From positions 155,558,001-155,622,000 of the forward strand of contig OZ024741.1 in the NCBI GenBank assembly GCA_964016885.1: DNA of 64,000 bases, written 5' to 3'. Origin of the DNA: Eledone cirrhosa (lineage: Eukaryota). The notes under the pieces are model-generated. The model made no database searches and was not told the DNA's origin. It saw nothing but the letters and a program-made list of their open reading frames with translations. Below are positions 40,385 to 55,322 of this stretch, in pieces (the first letter of the stretch is position 1; each line of letters opens with the position of its first letter). Both the position numbers and the translations under genes were made by a program.

Positions 40385-40610
40385 TATGATGCTTCCATAG
40401 GCGGTATGCCAGTAAGCACTCAATGTTCCTGCAGAGCAGAGTGTGATATAATATAAAACGAAAAATCAGTGATGCATCTGGACTCAATTAATTGTGTGTT
40501 ACAATTGTTTCGCCGGCAGATTGCTCGAGACACGATCATTGTATGGATCTGTCTGATTCTAGAACTGCAGGTTCGTCGGACACTGGCAATAATTTCGGAA
40601 CACATTTTCT
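40385..40610 (-). mobile_element. Hammerhead-bearing repeat (family of 11550-11942 and 61820-62050); motif at 40496-40583
   Basis: Minus strand: GTGT-CCGACGA-ACCTGCAG...CTGCCGGC-GAAA-CAATTG-TA-ACAC. Confidence 0.65.
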
Positions 40611-41109
40611 CACTGGTGTGTTAGCTTAAAAAAACATCTTCCTCGCTTGTCCTGCTGTTGGCTGTTGTTTTTCTACGTTATCATAAATTCTGTCCAATAG
40701 TTGCTGCCATACAGTCCATCAGCTACTCTCCGTCCGACACACTTCAATGAAGTACACACACATACACATACATATACACACACATATATATACATACACA
40801 TACACACACACGCCCACGACCATATAACTAACAACATACGCGTCCACAAGCGCCTACCTACATGCCCTCGTTCATCAGCTCTCACACGCACGCACACGCG
40901 CACACACACACACACGCGCGCGCACACGCATACAAGGACACACACATGCGTACGCGTACATCTACTCATATACACAAACACGTACAGACATATACATAGA
41001 CACGCACACGTACATACACACGCCTGTCCGTATAGAGAGGCACAAAGACAGACACGCTCCCAAACACACATATACATACACATATATATATATACATATG
41101 TGTATATGT

Positions 41110-41204
<95 letters not shown>

Positions 41205-41283
41205 TACACCCACATATATATGTACATACACACACATACACATCTATAAAGAACACCTACAATATACTAAAATATACATCTAA

Positions 41284-41361
<78 letters not shown>

Positions 41362-41396
41362 ATAATAAAATGTGGAGAGGAAGCACACGAGTTAGG

Positions 41397-44300
41397 ATAT
41401 ATATATATATATATGAAAGCAGGGAGAAAGAGACGATTATTAGGAAGTAAAATATATTTTCTTCCCTTTTTATTTCTCTCTCTCTTTTTCTGTGTTAGAA
41501 AATGATTAAAACGAAATATTTTACTTTGTGTGAAGTGTTAAGGTATTAGTTGATTTATTTATTATTTAACAATGGCATTTATTTATCTATTTATATATTT
41601 AATAATTGTCTATTACCGGTTTCAGCATTTTTATGCATTATCAATTGATAGTGATATGTCTTGGTGTAGAATGGTGGTGTTGCACATGGTAAAGAAATGA
41701 TGCAGAAAGAATAATGTTATTTACATCAAGGTTTATGAAGTGAAAAGAATAAAGAAAAAAGAAAAAAGAAAAAAGAAAAAAGAAAAAAGAAAAAAGAAAA
41801 AAGAAAAAAGAAAAAAGAAAAAAGAAAAAAGAAAAAAGAAAAAAGAAAAAAGAAAAAAGATAAAAGAAAAAGGAAAAAAGAAAAAAGAAAAAAGAAAAAA
41901 GAAAAAAGAAAAAAGAAAAAAGAAAAAAGAAAAAAGAAAAAAGAAAAAAGAAAAAAGAAAAAAGAAAAAAGAAAAAAGAAAAAAGAAAAAAAGGAGCGTA
42001 ATGTGGAGCATAAAAAGTCAATGTGAAAGAAAAATTAATGTTATTTTACAGGCATAGTTCTTGAAGTTAAGCAGATCAAAATGTGTTAATATAGCAAGGG
42101 TGCTTAGTCGATCCATGATGGAGGCAAATGGTAGACTTTGGTTTGATATGATCTCCCTTTTTAGAGAATTAATATGCTCTTCTACGGTATCCCAAAGACA
42201 CAAAAGCGAAGTAATAGGTAGGGCCTGCAAGCAAGCCACAGACATTTACATCAATATAGCCCTTCCTGATGAGCTTAAATTAAGACCCATAATAGCAGGC
42301 ACCACCTGTGAAACCCATCGCCTAAGCAACTTCCTAGATATTCTGCTTAAACCTTTCCTAAAACACATAAAAAGCTTCATAAGGGACGACCTTGACATGT
42401 TCAACCACCTCCCAACAACACTCAATAATGAACTGACCCTACTAGTAACCTTTGATGTCATCAATTTATATTCCAATATCCCACACAACCTAGGCATAGA
42501 GGCAATACAATTCTGGCTTGAAAATTCCCCTAGTGAACTCCCACAGCACATCCCTAAAGAATTTGTGTTGGAGGGACTCAAATTAATCTTGGAAAACAAT
42601 TTCTTCGAATTCAATGCCAAATACTACAGACAGAAATCTGGGACTGCCATGGGCACGAAAGTAGCCCTTCATACGCCAACCTTGTCATGGGATATTTGGA
42701 AACAACTCTCTACCGCAAAGTTCTAGACAAATACGGCAACCACTTCTACTAACACATAGAAAAGAACTGGAAGAGATATCTGGACGACTGTTTCATCCAC
42801 TGGCATGAAAGTATAGATAGACTGTTTGAGTTTAAAACCCTTCTGAATGGACTCAACACAAACTTACAATTCACAATGGATTACAGCCATGAACAACTCC
42901 CTTTCCTCGATATCCTCATCAAGAAAACAAACAAAGAAATAGAAAGAAACATTTACTACAATCCCACAGACTCCAAACAATACCTCTAATTCAACTCGTG
43001 CCACCCTAGACACACCAAAATGGCAATTCTTTATAACCTAGCCAGAAGGATCTGCACAATAGTTTCAGATAAATACACATGCTACACACGACTAGAAGAA
43101 TTAAAAAACACACTTATCAGCAGAAACTACCTAACATCCCTAATCAACAATGGATTCCAACGTGCCCTAAAACTAGACATCCAGGAACTCAGACACCCCA
43201 AACGCAGGAATGAACATCAACAGAAAACTCTACCATACATATCCACACACAACCACCTCAACAATGAGGCATTCGACACCATCCTCCAGAACATTCCTTT
43301 ACTAAAAAGAGACCCAAGAATGAACAAAATCCTCCAAATACACAACCTCATAAAGAGCAAAAGACAACCTAAATTCATAAAAAACATCCTCACACAAGCC
43401 AAAATCCAACAAACCATCACAATAAACCCTACAGTAACAACATGCGGAAGGCCCAACCGTAGCATATGCATAAATCTAATAGAAGGTTCAACATTCCATT
43501 TTAAACAAGGACAACATTTCACAGTTAAACACAACTTTACATGTGCATCTGAAAACTTAATCTACGTTTTGACTTGCTCAGGTTGTCAAGAGCACTACAT
43601 AGGACAGACAAAAAAAAAGCCTCCGACAACGTATGACATCCATAAATCACAAATCAAAATACAGGAATACAGAAAGATTGCGTTTAGTGAACATATCGCC
43701 AATTGTGCACCCAACCAACATTCAAACTTTAAAATTTTCCCCATTTATAAATTCATAGACAACGCTACCTTCATCCATCGTACCAATAAGGAAACGTATT
43801 TCATTAACAAATTCCAACCTCTACTAAACTTCGGACCAAACTAAAACTGGAACAAACAATCGAACATTTACGAGAGTTCCCTCCCTCACACGCCATCTAT
43901 TCCTTTTTCTTAAATAAATTAAATATCATCCGGCATGAATTGCCTCCCCTGCATATTAATTCTCTAAAAAGGGAGATCATATCAAACCAAAGTCCACCAT
44001 TTGCCTCCATCATGGATCAACTAAGCACTCTTGCTATATTAACACATTTTGATCTGCTTAACTTCAAGAACTATGCCTGTAAAGAACATTATTTTTTCTT
44101 TCACATTGACTTTTTATGCTCCACATTACGCTCCCTTTTTTCTTTTTTCTTTTCTCTTTTTTCTTTTCACTTCATAAACCTTGTTTGTAAATAACATTAT
44201 TCTTTCCGCAACATTTCTTTAACACCACCATTCTACACCAATACATATCACTATCATTTGATAATGCATAAATATGTTGAAACCGGTAATAGACAATTAT

Positions 44301-44502
44301 TAAATATATAAATAGATAAACAAATGCCATTGTTAATTAATAAATAAATCAAATAATACCTTAACACTTTACACAAAGTAAAATATTTCGTTTTAATCAT
44401 TTTCTAACCCAGAAAAAAAGAGAGAGAGAAATAAAAAGGGAAGAAAATATATTGTTCTTCCTAATAATCGTCTCTTTCTCCCTGTTTTCATATATATATA
44501 TA
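41397..44502 (+). mobile_element. Neptune-like Penelope element, 5'-truncated, with inverted pLTR (41397-42177 vs 43951-44502)
   Basis: RT: LRPIIAG, TFDVINLYSNIP, GTAMGT, KRYLDD, FLDI, SCHP. EN: FTCASENLIYVLTCSGCQEHYIGQT. Decayed hammerheads at 44251-44292 (+) and 41610-41651 (-). Confidence 0.92.
41748..41992 (+). repeat. (GAAAAAA)n heptamer array inside the left pLTR arm
   Basis: Read directly; the right arm has only a few units (about 44136-44168). Confidence 0.9.
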
Positions 44503-45315
44503 CGTTGTCTATGCCCTCCGGTGTTCCCTTTGCGGGTCTTTATATATCGGACAAACGGGATGCCGTATGGCGGACCGTTTTGCCGAACATTTGTGGGACA
44601 TATGACTCGGTTTGGATACTCCTGTCGCCCGTCAGTTCTCTTCTCCTGGTCATTCTTCCCTACATGTTTCAGTCCTGGGTGTCCTTTTACATCATGATCC
44701 ACAGGCCTCGCGCACAGGACTGAACAAAGTCTGATTCACCGTCTTGGGTGCTATTCCCCAATGGACTCAACTCACCTCCCCAATTTCTCTAATACCCCGT
44801 CCATTATCACACCCCTAGATTCATATCGCTTTCTCTTTGCTCATACCTTCGTACTTACATGCACACACACTCTTTTATTCACATATACTCACACATTTCT
44901 CCTTAGCTTCATACGGAGGTATAATAACACACACACACAAACACACACACACACACACACACACAAACTCATGCTTACGCAGGTGCTCAAGCATAGCTCC
45001 TTTTACAAAACGTTTTTTTTCCATTTTAGGTAGACGCGCGCCGTCATCCACTTTCCTAAAAAAACAAATCATACACAAAACGCCAGCAGCAATAGTTTTG
45101 CAAGAGATGTCATCATGAATAGACCTATTATTTTTATCTAAAGACATTTTTTCCAATTCCATCCCGCCCGTCCCCTTAATCTATTTTATTTCTCATTCTT
45201 TCTTCTGATGAAGGACTAGAGTCCGAAACGTTATGACCCTCAAGCGTTAACCTAATATATACCTTCCATATACTGTACCGATTGTGTTGTTATTTTTGTT
45301 TACCTTTTGCATATA
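44501..45315 (+). mobile_element. Second Neptune-like Penelope 3' fragment (GIY-YIG, 3' UTR, hammerhead)
   Basis: YVVYALRCSLCGSLYIGQTGCRMADRFAEH..PVARQF..GH..EQSLIHRLG..PNGLN (not listed in the ORF track). Confidence 0.85.
45201..45236 (+). ncRNA. Canonical minimal Penelope-type hammerhead
   Basis: TCTT-CTGATGA-A-GGAC TAGA GTCC-GAAA-CG-TT. Sister copy on the minus strand at 61663-61698 has an intact stem I (TCTT/AAGA). Confidence 0.82.
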
Positions 45316-45327
45316 TATATGCATATA

Positions 45328-45387
<60 letters not shown>

Positions 45388-45576
45388 TAAAAAAATAATG
45401 AATAAAACAATGAAACAGTTCCTTATATTAAACAAAAAAAGTTCATTATTTAACGATCATTTCTAGGACATATATGTGTTAGAATTGGCATGCATATTCA
45501 AAAGATCTATGTACAAAATTATACAAACTATCAAAGAGAATATACATACCATCACATATATATGCTGTCTTCAGAA

Positions 45577-45764
45577 ATAATTGTTTCTACTTTAGGCACA
45601 AGGCCAGCAAATTACCCAGTGCATTACTGGTACATTATTTTATCGACCCCGTAAGGATGAAAGGCAAAGTCAACCTCGGCGGGATTTGAACTCAGATCGT
45701 AAAGGGACGTAACTATGCTGGAAAGCATGGCGTCCGACCTTCTACCGATACTGCCAATCCACCT
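45577..45764 (-). mobile_element. tRNA-derived SINE with TSD cttcagaaataat
   Basis: Main family; cttcagaaataat at 45569 and 45763. Confidence 0.9.
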
Positions 45765-46814
45765 TCAGAAATAATGAAGTATATTTATTGATAATAACAA
45801 CAATTCAAAATTACAGGTCTGTTTTGGAACAGATTTTAAATAGACCAATGAAATACATAAAAATTCATCAAGAAAATACAGTTAGGTGTGTGTATATATG
45901 TAAGTAACTTCGTTCACAGATATGCATAAAAATGTATGTTCACATGCATACGCATGTCGAAAAAGTGTTTGTAAATATAAAAATTTAGGGCTAATGTCTC
46001 TGTATCTTTATAATCCACAGACAAAATATACATACATATACATATATATATACACACATATATACACACACATACATACATTCATAGATACACACGCATA
46101 TATACATAAACACACACATACCTACGAACACACACACATATACACACACACACACACATACGTATATATTATTATTATAACTATATGGATATTGAGGCGC
46201 ACACATAAACACGGCCACACACACTTACACCTAGATGCAGAATTAAAAGGAGGTAAGGGAGTAAGTAATTAAAAGAGGGTGTCAGACGCAGCATATTTAT
46301 AAAAATGTATCTATAAATTTAGAAATAAAAAGAAATATAATTAAAGAAATATAATAAAAACATAAAAAAACATAAAAGAGAGACATAAAATATACATGCT
46401 TATATACATACGCATATTTACACATCCATACGTTCGATACATACATACGTACACACACACACATACACATACTTAACCTCACGCATATTAACCTGTTTGT
46501 ATGCATATACATAAAAACAAGTAAAACATTTACTCATACATATAAATACACACCGATATATATATATATATATACACATACACACAACACACATATATAC
46601 ATATATGTACACACACATACACACATACATACACATACATATATATATATATATATACATATATATATACACACATATATATACACACATATATATACAC
46701 ACACACACACATACATATACGTATATATACCTACACACACATACCCATGTATATATATACACAGCCACACACTCACGCACACTCAGACATACATAAATAT
46801 AGAGACATACATAA

Positions 46815-46944
<130 letters not shown>

Positions 46945-47041
46945 AAAAAATAAATACACACAGTCAGACAATTATGCACATATATACACATACATACACA
47001 AATCTCTACAAATACATATACATACACATACATACATACAC

Positions 47042-47093
<52 letters not shown>

Positions 47094-47490
47094 TCATACA
47101 CACTTATTTACATGCGCACATATGTAATTTTATACTCACATACAAACACACAAACATACATACATACGTACATACACATACATACATCCACGCTTACAAA
47201 TACGAATAATTATGGGGGGGGAAGGGGGATTAAAATTATTAGTGGGAAATAGTAAATATAGGTTTCAAGGAACATAGAATATTAATCTGCATTTAAATCA
47301 TAATATGTGTTTACATAGTAGTGTCAGTATTAGGAAATGGTATTTGTAAGAAAGAAGGCTAAATTATTGTATTCCGTTTATCTTTCACCAAAAGTGATTT
47401 TTGAATGCATCTCTTCTTTCCATGATATCCGGATTACATTGAGTTCTTCATACGGATTGGACACAACCATAAACTTTTGGTAGATTTATC

Positions 47491-47530
<40 letters not shown>

Positions 47531-47704
47531 GAGGTTATATATAATTTGTTGGGATTCAACAAGCTTAAACAATTTTTATAACTGATATAAAGCACTTAAT
47601 ATATATATATATATATATATATATACAACGAAGGAAATGTGGTAAGGAACCAGGTGGACCATAACGCACCAAAGTACTCAATACTTGAGGTAGTAGAGTG
47701 GGTA

Positions 47705-47930
<226 letters not shown>

Positions 47931-47973
47931 GATGGCTGCCCCCTCGTTATCGAGTATGGCCATTGCACGAGAA

Positions 47974-48004
<31 letters not shown>

Positions 48005-48029
48005 AAATATATATATATATATATTATAT

Positions 48030-48440
48030 ATACATACATGGTGGCTGCCAACTCGTTTTCGAGTACGGCCACTACTTTATATCCATGTAGGAGAACCCCT
48101 ACCGATGTGCTGAACGAGTGTGACTTTTTAGTCCAGCCAGCGACTTGAAAACTCTGGTACAAACACTACACTTGTGACAATTACTGACACATAGTGCTGG
48201 GCCCATGGTACCATGTGACGACAAGTGCAGAGAGATCTCCAGATATAAAGCAATGCCTGTGCTGTGAAGCTTTTATAGTGAGCAAAGGCACTGCACAAAG
48301 CCAGTCCCACTCTCTTAACCAAGATGATATTTACCAAAAAGAAGAACAAGTCAACATCATTGGATACCATCAGGGTTGCAGGTGTTATATCAGAGTTTTC
48401 CTTCTCCTAGAATTCTGCCTTGACAAAGGCTAAGGGGTCA
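48030..48440 (-). mobile_element. Internally deleted RTE derivative (putative 5' UTR joined to 3' end); separate tail fragment at 47930-47972
   Basis: 48320-48440 matches 20426-20547; 48030-48215 matches 21195-21375. Confidence 0.75.
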
Positions 48441-48615
48441 CATACACATACACACACACATATACACACACACATACATTAATAACAATAATAATAATAA
48501 TAATAATAGCAATAATAATAATAACGACAACAACAATAATAATATACATATTCATATATATATACACACACGCACGCACATAAGCATATCTACACACACA
48601 CACACACGATAGCAA

Positions 48616-49990
48616 CTAACAGTGCTGCGATCGAATGTGGCTTTTTAGCCCAGCCAATGATCTAAAATGTCTTGTACAGAGTCGGCAACCAAAACATTCA
48701 CTGGGAATAGTCGACTGTGGTTGGAGTTCGTGTACTTTTGCATGTCGCTTGAGCCCTCCTGCTGATTTACATTCTCTACCACATGTTTGGCAAGCATGAT
48801 GAGTAGCATCTCCAACAGCAACCTGGTAGTCAACCACTGGTCTTACTTTATGACTGCGAAGATGACTTTCGAGTCCAGCTTTGCTTAGGCAGAGTCTCGC
48901 ACAGACGCTGCATGTCAGCACCATAGGAGGACCCTCGCCGTCTGGAAGTGCAACAGCAATGCCCTTCCCCACATCCCGCTTTACTTTCTCGTGTGCGATT
49001 CGAGATGCCTCAAAGGCAACTTTTCCCTCATATACAGTCTTTCTCCATTTATTACGATCAGCAGCAATATTTTCCCATGTATCAGCAGAGATGTTAGCGT
49101 CTTTCAGAGAGGCTTTCAAGGAATCCTTATACCATGTCTTTTGGTTTATGTGGCGGTCGTTTTCCTTTAACCAACTCTCCATAGAAGAGTTGTTTTGGTA
49201 TTCTAGAATCCTTCATCCTGGCAAGGTGACCACTCCAACGGAGTCGTTGCTTAAGCACAAGAGCTTCTATACTGTCACACATAGAGCTTTCCAAAATCTC
49301 GACATCACTGATGTGGTCCCTCCAGTGAACGCCATGGATCCGTCTGAGACACATCTGATGGAAACGCTCCAATTGCTTAAGGTGGTGTCGATATGTGACC
49401 CAGGTCTCGCAGGCATAAAGAAGACAAGAGAGCACACATGCCCTGTACACCCTTACCTTTGTCCTCCTGCATATGTCTTGCCGACCCCAGAGTCGCCTTT
49501 CTAGCTTTCCGAAAGCATCACTTGCTTTCCTAATCCTAAGTGAGATTTCACCGTCAAGGTTGCCGTATCGATTGACAGTGCTTCCCAGGTAGACAAACTG
49601 ATCAACCACTCCAAGTCGTTTGCCATACACATAGATGTTTGGTTCAGTGTAATGCTTACTAGGGACAGGTTGGTACATGACGACGGTTTTCTTGAGACTG
49701 ATAGTCAAACCCAGGGCAGTGCAAGCGTCAGAAAATGCATTCAAAATGTGCTGCATATCACTCTCTGTGTGCGCTACAAGATCGCAATCATCTGCATACA
49801 AGAGGTCTCTTATGATTGATGTAAACACCTTTGTCTTCGCAGCAAAGCGCCTGATGTTAAATATGCTGCCCGAGGTTCGATATCGGATGTAAACACCATG
49901 CTCGCAATTCCTGAATGCAATACAGAAAACCATTGCAAAGTATATGGCAAACAGGGTCGGTGCTGGAATATCCCCCTGTTTCACTCCATT
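48616..49990 (-). mobile_element. RTE-clade LINE, 5'-truncated, RT plus three C-terminal C2H2 zinc fingers
   Basis: GVKQGD..PTLF, LLYADD, FVYLGS, LLYACETW, LRWSGHLARM..RIPKQLFYGEL. Fingers CSVC..H..H, CQTC..H..H, CRLC..H..H. Confidence 0.92.
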
Positions 49991-50889
49991 TTTTTTTATA
50001 TATATATACATATATATATACACACACACACACATATATATATATCTATATATATATATATATAAGACTGTCATTGGAAATTAGACATCAACTAGATTAT
50101 GTATGTCTAGCTGTGTGTGTATGTGTGTAGATATATATGTTAATGCATGTGTGGTTCTATATGTTGTAATTAATATGCACACACATTCATATGTTTCTGC
50201 ATGTATGGTTATGTATCTATATGTATGATTATGCGGTCGCTACATGTTAAAATTCTGGAATGCTGAACATATCCTTACATATATAGTGAACACAGCAAAG
50301 CCGAATGTTTAAGAAATTCTTTAAGGAATCATTAGGTGACGGTGTTAATCCGACTGCTTAGCATCTTAGGCAATTTATGTTACTTATCGTAGACTTGGGT
50401 CGACACATGACATTTGAGTGTAATTGGGTACAGCAACTTTATCTCAAATGTCCGACATTGTCATTAATATTTCACTGAATCTCCCGGAGAAATTTTTTAT
50501 TGCTACAAGTGTCTAAAGAATGCTCAGTCCCTGATATGTTAATTTCACGAGCAGACTGTTCTGTCGATCGAACAGCTGGAACATTCGCCGTCGAAACCAA
50601 CAGACGTCTATTCCATTTAATTCATGATCTTATTGAACGAATAACTGAATGAAACCTATTTTAAAAGATTATCGATTATTTTAGAAATATCGATATATTG
50701 CAATAAAGGCTAGTTGGTGCAGTGTTGTTCGAAAGATCTGTTGATGGGTTGCTATTTTCCTCTTCACAAAATATTAAGTGCAGTTTAAATACACACTGCC
50801 GAAAGCACAATAGTTGAATCGAGTGGAACGGAAAAGGTTAATAATTTCTTAAGTTTGTACGATGTTCTACAATTCTACAAATGGAAAAG

Positions 50890-50957
<68 letters not shown>

Positions 50958-51016
50958 TATATATATATATATAATGTGTGTGTGTACGTATGTATGTGTG
51001 TATGTATGCATGTATG

Positions 51017-51064
<48 letters not shown>

Positions 51065-51989
51065 AAATAGAAACGTATTTTTAGTTATATGCAATATAAT
51101 TATTTTTACTGTTTGCTGTTTATACACTTCTGTATTTGTACATTTGCGCGTTCATTTATTTGTATTTTTATCGTGTCTCTTTTTATATATACTTAAAGAT
51201 TTTTACTGGAACAGAACAGAAAGGAAAGATGATGTTTTATGGAGGTGGCTATTGTTGGTGGAATCTTATAAATAACTGCCATTTGTTGGCGGCTACAGAA
51301 ATACCGTGAATAAGATAGAACTGTTCTTATAATGAAATAACGTATCACGAATATTAGTGGAGAAATATGTTTTAGGGTGGCGGGGTCAGGGGAATCTTAC
51401 TGGTTTTAAATGAGAGAAACTGTGAGCGAGGAAGGTGAGAGAGAGAGAGAAAGAAAGGAGAGAGAGAAAAAAGAAGAGACGGTGAGAGAAAAGAGAATGG
51501 AGGGAAAAGGGAGAGATGAGAGAGCGAGTAAGAGAGAAAGAGATATAGGAGAGAACAAGCAAGGAAGAAAAAGAGAAAGATTGGCGGGAAGAGAAGGAGT
51601 AAATGATAGTGGGGGAGAGGAGAATAGAGTGCCAGAGAGGCGATGTAGCTTAACTTTAGATGTAGCACTTTAATGAAATATTTCTGGCTGGCATAATAAT
51701 GGATATGTTGGTATTTTTATTGGACTATTAGTACCACTCGAAGAGAAAAGTGGGGCTGGAGACGGAGGTTCTGCCTTCTTGTTTGCTTTACAAAAGGGGA
51801 GTGGGAGTAAGAATATAGACGAGGCTGAATAGCCCTTCTCTGACTACGTAAAGCGCAACCCCTTTGGTGATTGCGACCAAAATTACCCTAGGTGGTTTCC
51901 TCCTTATTGGGAAATTCTTGTTGGATGTTTATTATTTTTGTTGAATTAGCTGCTTTTTTACTCGATGTAAACCACTTCGTGCTGTAAAT

Positions 51990-52405
51990 CGTCTTTCTAC
52001 TGCGCCAACGTCTTGACCACTTGTGGCTCACCTGGAAATGAAGGTGAGTGTGGAGAGAGAAGTGCTCCCCCAGTACATTGCTAAAAAGTGGATGAATATG
52101 GCGAGAATGGCCCGCGCTTATAGACTAGCTAATTTGAGGAGGAGAGGGGTGCTCTCCCAGGGTGCCCTAGAAGCGTAGGGTGGTGCAGAATTGGTGGGGA
52201 ACCTGAGTTACCCCTGAGTCGGCCACCCCTTATAGGGGAATTTATTTTGTTATATTTATGCATAGTTTATTATATATTTTTTATATCTTCATTGTTAAAT
52301 TAGTCTTGCCATTATGCACTTTTACTTGACCTTATTGTAAACCCCCACTGTCCCTGTCTTTGTATTGTCCCCTACATGTCGAGCCTTGTGGCCAATAAAT
52401 GAAAT
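51990..52405 (+). mobile_element. Tx1-type LINE 3' end fragment
   Basis: HLEMKVSVEREVLP and 3' UTR homologous to 18860-19190 and 60130-60500. Confidence 0.75.
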
Positions 52406-52945
52406 CATCCTTACGGGATCGATAAAATAAAGCACCAGTAACGTACTGGGGTCGATTTAATCGACTTTCCCCTCCCCCGAAAGTACTGGCCTTGTGCCTA
52501 TACTAGAAATCATTATTATTATTATTATTATGGATTGGCAGTATCGGTAGAGGGTCGCACGCCATGCTTTGACGCATAGAGTTACGGCTCTTGCCATTCT
52601 AAGTTCAAATCCCGTCGAAGTTAATTTTGCCTTCCATCCTTACGGGGTCGATAAAATAAAGTACCAGTCACGCACTGGGGTCGATTTAATCGACTTTCCC
52701 CGCCCCCCAAATTGCTGGCCTTGTGCCTATATAAGAAACAATTATTATTATTATGATGGATTGGCAGTATCGGTAGAGGGTCGGACGCCATGCTTTGACG
52801 CATAGAGTTACGGCCCTTGCCATTCTGAGTTCAAATCCCGCCGAGGTTAACATTGCTTTCATCCTTACGGGGTCGATAAAATAAAGTACCAGTAATGCAC
52901 TGAATTATTGCTGTCCTTGTGCCAAAAGTAGAAACAATTATTATC
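52406..52945 (+). mobile_element. Head-to-tail array of three SINE units separated by (TTA)n
   Basis: 3' half at 52406-52530, then near-full units at about 52531-52752 and 52757-52945. Confidence 0.9.
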
Positions 52946-54997
52946 ATTGATCTTTGAGTTTCAATCATTGATGCTATTTAACTGGAAAGTTTGTTGAAAT
53001 GAATATCAAGCCGTTACCTGAGCCTCAGATATTCAGGACGTATCGGAGTGTTCTTGCTGTTCCTAGCAAGCAAGCCTTTTGAAGTGTTCCAAAAAGCGGG
53101 TCTGGACTAATCTTCTTTAACCATTCCTCGAAACTCTTTGAGATAGTACCTAGTACGCCTATAACAATCGGCACGACTTTGATTTCATGACAGTTCCAAA
53201 TCCTTTTTAACTCCCACTTTAAATCCTGGTATCGGTTAATTTTCTCCCTCTCCTTTTCTTGCATTCTCGTCGAATGGGCAGGCTACATCTGCAATCAGGC
53301 ATGATCTTTATTCCTTGTCCAAAACCACCAGGTCAGTCCTATTGTGTTCCAGTTTCTTGTCCGTCTGTATCCTAAAATCCCATATCACCTTCACCTGATC
53401 ATTTTCGACTCTGGATTATGCTCATACCACTTCTCAGAATGTGATAAATTGTTTACTTTGCATAGATGCCAGTGAATCACCCTGCCTATCACATCATGTC
53501 GCTAGCCTTTAAAGTGAGTCTGGGCTAGGTGTTTACACTCGGATACAATGTGAGCCACAGTCTCCTTTCTCTCTCTCTCCACAGATCCTACACAGTGAGC
53601 TAGCCTCCTCCTTGTTAATATGGTGTTTCCCCCACTTCGTTCTGAGGGCTTGCTCTTGTGCAGCCATTAGCATTCCTTCTGAAGCTTTTTTAAGATCCCC
53701 TCATTTTAACCAGTTCCATGTCTGTGGATCTCTAAATTCCATTTTCTTAAAGGAGCTATGAAGGGATTTTTCATGAAGGTTGCTCTCCCTCCTTGTTATT
53801 ATTTCCTCCTTGGACATCTCCTGGTCTATTGTCTTCTCCTTCAGTACAATTTTGACCTTGGCACCCTACTGTCAGTCACATATTTGTGCAGGTTGTTTTT
53901 CTCCATCTGAACACAGTCCTATATTCTGATAAGACCTCTTCCACCTTCAGATCTCCTTAAATAGAGTCTATCGACATCACTCCTCTTGTGGAACATGTTG
54001 TAGATAGTCATTAGCTTCCTAGTCTTCCTATCCATTTCTTTTTATTCAGCAACATTCCATTTCGGAATTCCCGCACTGTACCTAATAATAGACCCAGCTA
54101 GAAAATTTACTGCACTTATGACATTCCTACTATTTAGATGTGATTTTAATACGCCCCTTACTCTCCGTATGTACTCAGATCTTATCAATTCCTTCATTTT
54201 TTTCTGTTCTTTATGTCATCAGCCACGAGAACACCTACATATTTGTAGCCCTCTTCAGTATCAATTTCCTTTATCATCTCACCTGTTGGTACCTGGATTC
54301 CGTTGTTTCTGGTCAATTTACCCCTTTCATCACTAGGACACCACACTTACTAATACCAAATTGCATACATATATAATTGCTGAAAATACGGACAGTGTCA
54401 ACAAGTACACCCAACTCTTTCTCACTCTTCCCAAAGAGTTTAAGATCGTCCATGAAGAGGAAGTGGTTAATGGTAAGCTCTCCTCTTCCCAACTTGTATC
54501 TTGCTCTTACTTTTCGCAATATAACGGACAGGGTTATCAGGGCAAGGATAAACAGCAGAGGGGACAAACTATCTCCCTGGAAGATACCCCTCTTGATCTT
54601 CACGCCTCCCAAGGATTCTCCACCTCATGTTAACTCATGTTTCCCAGGACTTCATACTTTTGCTCAACAACTGTCTGATGTTATCTGCCACCTTGAAGAT
54701 CTCTAGGCTTTTGGTTATCCAAGAATGAGGTACCATGTCGAATGCCTTTTTGTAATCTATCCATCCCATGGCAAGACCAGTGTGCTTCCTCTTGCAATTC
54801 CTCATTACCGTTTTATCAATAAGTAACTGGTCTTTTGTACCACGGGACTTCTTTCGGCACCCTTTCTGTTCGTCCGGTAACAAGTTGTTTATGTGGAGGT
54901 GATGGTATATTTCCTCAGACACAATGCTTTTTAACAGTTTCCACAGACATGTGATAGGCCTATAGTTGGTAACATCATTACCCTTGGTCTTTCATTA
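52945..54997 (-). mobile_element. Decayed 5'-truncated copy of the R4/Dong family seen at 1119-4590
   Basis: Near-identical peptides ([26 protein letters not shown]; KINRYQDLKWE..TARTLRYVLNI) and a similar 3' UTR; bounded by TTA repeats. Confidence 0.93.
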
Positions 54998-55001
54998 CCA
55001 G

Positions 55002-55109
<108 letters not shown>

Positions 55110-55322
55110 GGCGACCTACGTAGTAAATCGTATCATCGTGAACTCCGCAAAGGTTTGTTATTTTCAGTTGTTTAAAATTGCCATTCATGGAACATTTTTT
55201 TTGTTAACTGTATATAAGTACACATACATTGTTATCTGAAAAGGACACCCAAAAAGATTGGGGCCTTGAGCCCAAAATTTAAACTTTTATAATTATCAAA
55301 CAAAACTTTTCTTTGAAAAATC

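Noticed and set aside
40690-40740. Hammerhead on the minus strand (CTGATGG-ACTG..CAG)
   Set aside because: GAAA box and stem III are missing.
41641-42057. Lys-rich and Phe-rich ORFs
   Set aside because: Translation of the (GAAAAAA)n array.
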